Shown here piece after piece: positions 58,055 to 64,000 of a DNA stretch of 64,000 nt (the first letter of the stretch is position 1; each line of letters starts with the position of its first letter). Below the pieces are notes generated by a model. The model saw nothing but the letters and a program-made list of their open reading frames with translations. It made no database searches and had not been told where the DNA came from. Position numbers and translations under genes: made by a program. The DNA comes from Trueperaceae bacterium. GTDB taxonomy: Bacteria > Deinococcota > Deinococci > Deinococcales > Trueperaceae. The stretch covers positions 192,001-256,000 of the forward strand of contig JAXHNB010000005.1 of NCBI GenBank assembly GCA_034520945.1, read 5' to 3'.

Positions 58055-59227
58055 GTGACCTCCTCCGAGGTGGCCCCCCGACCGCCCGCCATCGCCGTGC
58101 TCCTGCACGGCGGCGCGGGGGGAAGCGGCGTCGTCGCCACCGAGCTGGGCCTTCGCTTCGCCCGCAATGGTCACGAGGTGCACTTCATCTCGAATCGGGT
58201 TCCCTTCAGGTTGGTGGACCGGAGCGACCCCCGGGTGTGGGTGCACCAGGTGGAGACCCTCGCCTACCCGCTGTTCGACGCGCCCCTCACCACGCTGGCG
58301 GAGGCGTCGAAACTGGCCGAAGTGATCGAGGAGCACCACATCGGAATCGTACACGCGCACTACGCCGTGCCGCACGCGACCGCCGCGGTATTGGCGCGCG
58401 ACATGGTGAGCGGTCCCCGGCCGGCGGTGGTGACGACGCTGCACGGCACCGACGTCACCCTCGTCGGCATGGACCGTGCCTACCTGCGCGCCACGCGCCA
58501 CGCGATCCTGCGGTCGGACGCCGTCACCGCCGTCAGCCGACACCTGCGGGACCAGACCCGCAGCGAGCTCGGCATCGACCGCGAAGTTCACGTCATTCCG
58601 AATGCGGTCGACACCGAGCGGTTCCAGGTGGGCGGCGACCCGGCGCTGCGGGCGAGGTACGCCGCGCCGGACGAGCGGATCCTGCTGCACGTGTCCAACT
58701 TCCGTTTCGTCAAGCGTGCCTGCGACGCCGTCCGCGCCTTCGCACGGGTCGTCGCGGAGGTGCCCGCTCGCTTGCTGCTGGTGGGGGACGGGCCCGATCG
58801 TCCCCGCGCCGCCGAGCTGGCACGTACGCTCGGCGTGGAGGACCGGGTCGCGTTCCTGGGCAGTTTTCCGCGCGTCGAAGCGGTGATGGCGGTGGCCGAT
58901 GTGTTCCTGTTGCCGAGCGAGCAGGAGGCGTTCGGGCTCGCCGCGTTGGAGGCGATGGCGGCCGGCGTACCGGTGGTCGCCACGCGTGCCGGGGGGCTGC
59001 CGGAGGTTGTGCTGGACGGAACCACCGGCCTGCTCGTCGACGTGGGCGACCCCGCCGCCATGGCCGACGCCGCCCTGCGGATCCTGCGCGATCCGGCGCT
59101 CCACCTCGCCTTCCAGCGCGCAGGACGAAGTCGCGCCGTCCACGACTTCGCCGAGGACGACGTCGTGACGGCGTACGGCTACGTGTACGAGGAGGCGCGC
59201 GGCGTGGTGGACGCCAGCGGCGCGTAG
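58055..59227 (+). CDS. bshA: N-acetyl-alpha-D-glucosaminyl L-malate synthase (bacillithiol synthesis)
   Basis: GGSGVVATELG, HYAVPHA, TTLHGTD, SNFRFVKR, EAFGLAALEAM. Confidence 0.92.
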   Translation: MTSSEVAPRPPAIAVLLHGGAGGSGVVATELGLRFARNGHEVHFISNRVPFRLVDRSDPRVWVHQVETLAYPLFDAPLTTLAEASKLAEVIEEHHIGIVHAHYAVPHATAAVLARDMVSGPRPAVVTTLHGTDVTLVGMDRAYLRATRHAILRSDAVTAVSRHLRDQTRSELGIDREVHVIPNAVDTERFQVGGDPALRARYAAPDERILLHVSNFRFVKRACDAVRAFARVVAEVPARLLLVGDGPDRPRAAELARTLGVEDRVAFLGSFPRVEAVMAVADVFLLPSEQEAFGLAALEAMAAGVPVVATRAGGLPEVVLDGTTGLLVDVGDPAAMADAALRILRDPALHLAFQRAGRSRAVHDFAEDDVVTAYGYVYEEARGVVDASGA

Positions 59228-60195
59228 GGTGCGGCGTCCTGCGTCCATCCGGGCGGCAGGGGTCCACGCGCCATGCGCGCCCGCGCCGCCAAGGCGATCA
59301 TGGCGCCGTTGTCGGTGGTCAGCTCGGGCGGGGGCACGCGGACGTCCAGGTCCAGTTCGCGCAACGCGGCACGGAGCCGGCGGTTGGCGGCGACGCCGCC
59401 CGCGATGACGACCGTGCGCAGCCCCTCCGCCCGGGCCGCCCGCGCCAGCGTGCGAAGCAACGCGTCCACCACGGTCGCCTCGAACGAGGCGGCGACGTTT
59501 GCGCGCCCGACATCGGGGTCGCGCTCCACCAGCGTGGCCACTGCGGTCTTGAGGCCGCTGAACGAGAAGTCGTACCCCACCTGCCGGCGCAGGGGGCGCG
59601 TGAACGGAATCGCGTTCGGGTCACCGCCCGCGGCCAGCTCGGACAGGGCCGGCCCGCCGGGAAAGGGGAGCCCCAACAGGCGGGCGACCTTGTCGAACGC
59701 CTCGCCCGCCGCGTCGTCCAGGCTCCGTCCCAGTTCGGTGGGGCGGGCTCCCTCCTCGTCGACGCGGAACAGGCTGGTGTGCCCGCCCGAGGCGATGAGG
59801 CACAGGTAGGGCGCCTGCACCCCGTCGAAGGTGGCCGAGGCGATGTGCCCCTCGAGGTGATGGACCGGTACGAACGTCAGGTCGCGCCCCCACGCCAGGG
59901 CCTTGCCCCAGGTGAGCCCCACCAGCAGCGCGCCGATCAGGCCCGGCCCGTAGGTGGCCGCGACCGCCTCGACGTCGTCCAACGATGCGTCGGCGTCGCG
60001 CATCGCGGCGTCCAGCACCGGCCGAAGGTGGGCGAGGTGCTCGCGGCTGGCCCGCTCGGGCACCACCCCGCCGTAGGGGGCGTGCACCGCGGTCTGCGAC
60101 GCGACCACGTTGGCGCGCACGCGGCCGCTGCCGCGCTCGACCAGGCCGATGCCGGTGTCGTCGCACGAGGTGTCGATGCCCAGGATCAGCCCCAC
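59179..60195 (-). CDS. tsaD: tRNA N6-threonylcarbamoyltransferase
   Basis: GIDTSCDDT, GGVVPERASREH, HHLEGH, DDAAGEAFDK, TDNGAMIA. Confidence 0.96.
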   Translation of the reverse strand: MGLILGIDTSCDDTGIGLVERGSGRVRANVVASQTAVHAPYGGVVPERASREHLAHLRPVLDAAMRDADASLDDVEAVAATYGPGLIGALLVGLTWGKALAWGRDLTFVPVHHLEGHIASATFDGVQAPYLCLIASGGHTSLFRVDEEGARPTELGRSLDDAAGEAFDKVARLLGLPFPGGPALSELAAGGDPNAIPFTRPLRRQVGYDFSFSGLKTAVATLVERDPDVGRANVAASFEATVVDALLRTLARAARAEGLRTVVIAGGVAANRRLRAALRELDLDVRVPPPELTTDNGAMIALAARARMARGPLPPGWTQDAAPYAPLASTTPRASSYT

Positions 60196-60236
60196 GAAGG
60201 TGAGCCTACCAAGCGCCCGCCTGCTATCCTCCGCCG

Positions 60237-61364
60237 GTGAGCGAGACGCGCGCGCGCCACTTCGAGCCCCGGCCGGCCGAGGTGGCCGGGGTGACCTTCA
60301 CGCTGAGCGGCGGGTGTCGGGGCGCCCCCCGGCCGCCGGCCGGTTGGGCGGCCCTGGTGCGCCGGGCCGCCGAGGTGCACGGCGACGTGTTGGACGTCGC
60401 CGGCATGTACGGCGTCCCGGCCCGGGCGGTGCCGGACGGCCCGGTGCGTGTCCTGGAGCCCTCCGCCGCCGGCCTGGCGGCGCTACGGCGCGACGCGGGA
60501 TCCGAGGCGAGCCGGCTGCGTGCAGCGCCGGGCTTGCCGTGGGACGCGGCGCCGGGCGCCTGTGACCACGTGTTCCTTGCGCCGCCGGCCGAGCGGGGGA
60601 ACGCACGCGTCCGCGTCGAGCTGGCCGCCGCCGCCCGTGCGCTTCGGATCGGTGGTCACGCCTGGGTGCTGCTCGAGCGGGACCGGGGCGCCAAGCGCTA
60701 CGAGCGCGAGGCGGCCGCCGCGATCGGGCCGGGCGAGGTGGTGGCGCGCGTGAAAGGGTTTCGCCTCTCCCGCTTCCGGCGCTCGGAGGCGGCGGCCGCG
60801 GAGCCGGTGGAGCCGTGGCAGCAATTCGACACGCCGCGCGGGCCGGCGGAGGCGTTGGCGGGCACGTTCGCGAGCGGCAAACTGGATCCCGGGAGCGCCC
60901 GGCTGTTGCAGGCGTTGGACGACGCATCGCCCCCGTGCGAGGGGGCGGAGGTGCTGGACCTGGGGTGCGGGTGGGGCCCGCTGGCCGGTTGGGCCGCCCG
61001 GCGCGGCGGGCGGGTGACCGCCTGCGACGACGACCTGGCGGCGGTCCGCAGCACGGCACGGAACGTGCCCACGGCGCGGGTGGTCCACGCCGACCTGGAC
61101 GAAGGATTGGCGTCGGAGGCGCGCTTCGACCTGGTCCTGGTCAACCCCCCGTTCCATCTGGGTGCGGGCGTGCGCGTGGGGTTGGGCGAAGCGATGGTGG
61201 CCACGGCGGTGGCGCGCCTCCGGCCCGGCGGCGAGGCCTGGCTGGTGGCCAACGAGGCGCTGCCCTACGAGGCGGTGGCGACGCGCCTGGGGTGCGAGGT
61301 GGGGGAGACCGCGCGCAGCGGGGGGTTCAAGGTGTGGCGGGCGCGGCGTCGAAGCGACCGCTGA
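60237..61364 (+). CDS. RsmC-like SAM-dependent methyltransferase
   Basis: FASGKLDPGS, LDLGCGWG, NPPFH. Confidence 0.85.
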   Translation: MSETRARHFEPRPAEVAGVTFTLSGGCRGAPRPPAGWAALVRRAAEVHGDVLDVAGMYGVPARAVPDGPVRVLEPSAAGLAALRRDAGSEASRLRAAPGLPWDAAPGACDHVFLAPPAERGNARVRVELAAAARALRIGGHAWVLLERDRGAKRYEREAAAAIGPGEVVARVKGFRLSRFRRSEAAAAEPVEPWQQFDTPRGPAEALAGTFASGKLDPGSARLLQALDDASPPCEGAEVLDLGCGWGPLAGWAARRGGRVTACDDDLAAVRSTARNVPTARVVHADLDEGLASEARFDLVLVNPPFHLGAGVRVGLGEAMVATAVARLRPGGEAWLVANEALPYEAVATRLGCEVGETARSGGFKVWRARRRSDR

Positions 61365-62235
61365 CGCGCGCGCCCTGGCCGATCGGCGGGGCGAGCACCC
61401 GACCGTCCTCCCCGGCGTACGACGCCAGGATCTCGCTGCAGGTCACGACGTGCTGCGCCGCGCACACCACGCCCAGCGACGGCCCCGCCCCGGACAGGTA
61501 GGCGGCCCACGCCCCGCGGTCCCGCAGCTCGGCCTGCGCCTCTTTGAATCCGGGCAGCAGGCCGTGCCGGTACGGTTCGTGCGTCACGTCGCGCGACGCG
61601 AACCGCAACAGTTCGGGCTCGTCGCGCAGCACCGCCAACGGCCACAACGAGACGCGTCCGGCGGTGAGCACCGCTTCGCTGCGGGAGACCTGGGTCGGGA
61701 GCAGGGCCCGCGCCACCTCGGTCGGGATCTGGAAGGCCGGCACGCCGAACAGCAGGCGCCACGACGGCGGCCAGGGCAGCACACGGGACATCCAGACCTG
61801 ATCATCGCGGGCGGACACCGTCAGACCGCCGTACAGCGCGGGTGCGACGTTGTCGGGATGCCCCTCGAGGTCCGCCGTCAGTTGGAACACGCCGTCCAGG
61901 CCCAGCTGCCCCCCACAGGCGGCGTCGCCGAGAAGCGCGCCCGCCACCAGCGCGGCGGAGGAGGATCCCAGCCCGCGCGCCATGGGAATGGGGTTGTCCG
62001 CGTCCAGCCGGACGGTCGGGGCCTCCCGGCCGCACGCCGCGAAGGCGGCCCGGAACCCCTGATGGATCAGGTTGTCGGGTTCTTCGGGGACCGGACCTTC
62101 GCCGTGGTAGTGGAACGCGTCCTGGGGGGCGGGCGTGGCGCGAACGTGCAGCGTGATGCCCACCGACAGGCCCAGGCAGTCGAAGCCCGGCCCGAGATTG
62201 GCGCTGCTGGCGGGGACCGTCACCTCGAGCGGCAT
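61327..62235 (-). CDS. thrB: Homoserine kinase
   Basis: PASSANLGPGFD, PMARGLGSSSAA, EGHPDNV, SGAGPS. Confidence 0.96.
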   Translation of the reverse strand: MPLEVTVPASSANLGPGFDCLGLSVGITLHVRATPAPQDAFHYHGEGPVPEEPDNLIHQGFRAAFAACGREAPTVRLDADNPIPMARGLGSSSAALVAGALLGDAACGGQLGLDGVFQLTADLEGHPDNVAPALYGGLTVSARDDQVWMSRVLPWPPSWRLLFGVPAFQIPTEVARALLPTQVSRSEAVLTAGRVSLWPLAVLRDEPELLRFASRDVTHEPYRHGLLPGFKEAQAELRDRGAWAAYLSGAGPSLGVVCAAQHVVTCSEILASYAGEDGRVLAPPIGQGARVSGRFDAAPATP

Positions 62236-62244
62236 TCGCGGAGA

Positions 62245-63732
62245 CTACCACGCACCGCCCAGCGCCCGCCGGGCGCGTGGCACGGCCTGGGCCAGGTCGC
62301 TGGCGCGCATGCCCAGGCCACAGCGGCGCGCCGCGCGTTCGCCGGCCCGCGCGTGCAGGTGCACGGCCGCGGCGACGCGGGCCGTGGCGTCACGGTGCGG
62401 CGCGGCCAGCATCGCCCCGAGGAGGCCCGCCAGCACGTCGCCGCTTCCGCCCGACGCCATCCCGGGATGGCCCGCCGCGACGACGCGGACGTGCCCGTCC
62501 GGCGTGGCGATCACGGCTCCAGCCGCCTTGAGCACCACCCCTGCGCGCCACGTGGCGGCCAGCGACCGCGCGGCCTCGACCGGGTCGGCGCTCACCTCGG
62601 CCGCGTCCAGCTCCAGCAGGCGCGCCGCCTCCCCCACGTGCGGCGTCAACCAGGCGTGCTCGGCGTCGCGGACGGCGGCACGCAGGCTCGCGTCCAGCGC
62701 CGTCGCGTCCAGCACGGTCGGCAGGGCGGACTCATGCAGCAGCTCGGCCAGGGCGGGGCGCAATGCGGGGTCCAGGCCCGGCCCCAGCACCCGGGCCGCG
62801 GCGCGCGGGTCGGCGTCGTGCGCCGCGGACGCCAGGGCGTCGGGCGCGGCGCCGAAGGGGTGCACGATCGTCTCGGGCCACCGCGCCGGAAACGGCGCGG
62901 GCGTCACCAGGGTCACCAGGCCGGCGCCCCCGCGGTGCGCCCCGCGGCAGGCCAGCTCGCCCGCCCCGGCGTAGCGCTCGGACCCCGCCACGATCAGCAC
63001 CCGTCCCGCGCCGCCCTTGTGCACCTCTGCGGGCGGGGCGGGCAGGGCGGTGGCCGCGTCTGCGTCGGTCGTCAGCCAGGGGCGTTGGCCGGTGGGAAGC
63101 GCGCCGGGGGGCAGGCCGATGTCGGCCACGCTCCAGGTGCCGAACGCGAACCGGGCAGGCGGCAGGGCCGAGGCCGGACAGGCGCCCGCCAACTGCACCG
63201 TCCGGTCGGCCCGCAGGTGCGGGCCCGGGGGGACGGCGCGGTCGCCGTCGATCCCGCTGGGCACGTCCACCGACGTCACCGGGCCCGCCCAGGCGTTCAG
63301 GCGCGCCACGACCTCCGCCGGCGTCCCCTCCAGCGGTCGGGACAGGCCGGTGCCGAACAGGGCGTCGATCACCAGGTCGGCGTCGGCCAGCGCCGCGTCC
63401 AGCGCGCCTGCCTCCAACGGCTGGATCTCGCCGTGCGCCGTCCAGGCGCGGCGCGCCTCCTCCGCGGCCCCCGCGCGCGAGGCGTGCGGGCGCAGGGCCA
63501 GCACCCGCGGCGCGATGCCGCGTTCGGCCAGCAGCCGCGCGACCACGTAGCCGTCGCCACCGTTGTTTCCCGCTCCGCACACGACCAAAGGGCGGGCCGG
63601 CGGGGGGGTGGCGGCCGTGACGTCGTCCGCGACGGCCCGCCCCGCGTTCGCCATCAGGGTCGATTCGGGGATGCCGGCCCGGACGGCCGCCTCGTCCGCG
63701 GCGCGCATGTCGGCGGCGGTGAACAGGTCCAT
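62245..63732 (-). CDS. nnr: Bifunctional NAD(P)H-hydrate epimerase/dehydratase
   Basis: [34 protein letters not shown]. Confidence 0.93.
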   Translation of the reverse strand: MDLFTAADMRAADEAAVRAGIPESTLMANAGRAVADDVTAATPPPARPLVVCGAGNNGGDGYVVARLLAERGIAPRVLALRPHASRAGAAEEARRAWTAHGEIQPLEAGALDAALADADLVIDALFGTGLSRPLEGTPAEVVARLNAWAGPVTSVDVPSGIDGDRAVPPGPHLRADRTVQLAGACPASALPPARFAFGTWSVADIGLPPGALPTGQRPWLTTDADAATALPAPPAEVHKGGAGRVLIVAGSERYAGAGELACRGAHRGGAGLVTLVTPAPFPARWPETIVHPFGAAPDALASAAHDADPRAAARVLGPGLDPALRPALAELLHESALPTVLDATALDASLRAAVRDAEHAWLTPHVGEAARLLELDAAEVSADPVEAARSLAATWRAGVVLKAAGAVIATPDGHVRVVAAGHPGMASGGSGDVLAGLLGAMLAAPHRDATARVAAAVHLHARAGERAARRCGLGMRASDLAQAVPRARRALGGAW

Positions 63733-63782
63733 GCGCCGAGCCTACCGCCCTCCGGGGGCGGCGGCGCGGCTATCATCCGAAT

Positions 63783-64000
63783 ATGAGCGACCCCCGCGAC
63801 GATTCGCGCGAGCCGGACGCCCCCCGCACCGACGCCGCCGTTCCACGCGCGCCGATCTACCACGAACCCCCGGCGGAGCTCGGCCCACGCCTCGGGCGGC
63901 CCGGCGAACCCCCGTTCACGCGTGGCGTCTACCCGGAGATGTACCTGACGCGCCCGTGGACCATGCGGCAGTACGCCGGCTTCGCCAGCGCCGAGGCGTC
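63783..64000 (+). CDS. Methylmalonyl-CoA mutase, substrate-binding subunit (3' partial)
   Basis: Manual translation: [26 protein letters not shown]. Confidence 0.9.
   Translation, partial: MSDPRDDSREPDAPRTDAAVPRAPIYHEPPAELGPRLGRPGEPPFTRGVYPEMYLTRPWTMRQYAGFASAEA

Overview
High-GC bacterial chromosomal window. Gene content (bshA, PEGA/DUF4384 protein, Rad52/DdrA-like protein, recX away from recA, many apparently leaderless genes) points to Deinococcota, probably Trueperaceae-like; this is an inference. From left to right: a partial tandem HD-GYP gene; a ROK-regulated xylose/glycoside catabolic cluster (ABC transporter, TIM-barrel isomerase-like enzyme, two Gfo/Idh/MocA oxidoreductases, xylA, xylB); a large lipoprotein with a degenerate gluzincin site; tRNA-Asn followed by an accessory islet (tandem repeats resembling integrase arm sites, small protein plus MenT-like nucleotidyltransferase, arsR-acr3-arsD-arsA); DUF3179/TlpA; a queuosine-precursor transporter, tRNA-Pro and a frameshifted tgt; the argG-GNAT-argH-GNAT operon; then housekeeping genes (proC, gyrA, purB, fumC, bshA, tsaD, thrB, nnr, start of methylmalonyl-CoA mutase). 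The strongest unannotated signal is a 14-aa ORF ([14 protein letters not shown]) upstream of argG, with mutually exclusive pairings that either hide or expose the argG ribosome-binding site: a candidate arginine-sensing leader-peptide attenuator. All calls come from reading motifs by eye; no database searches were run.
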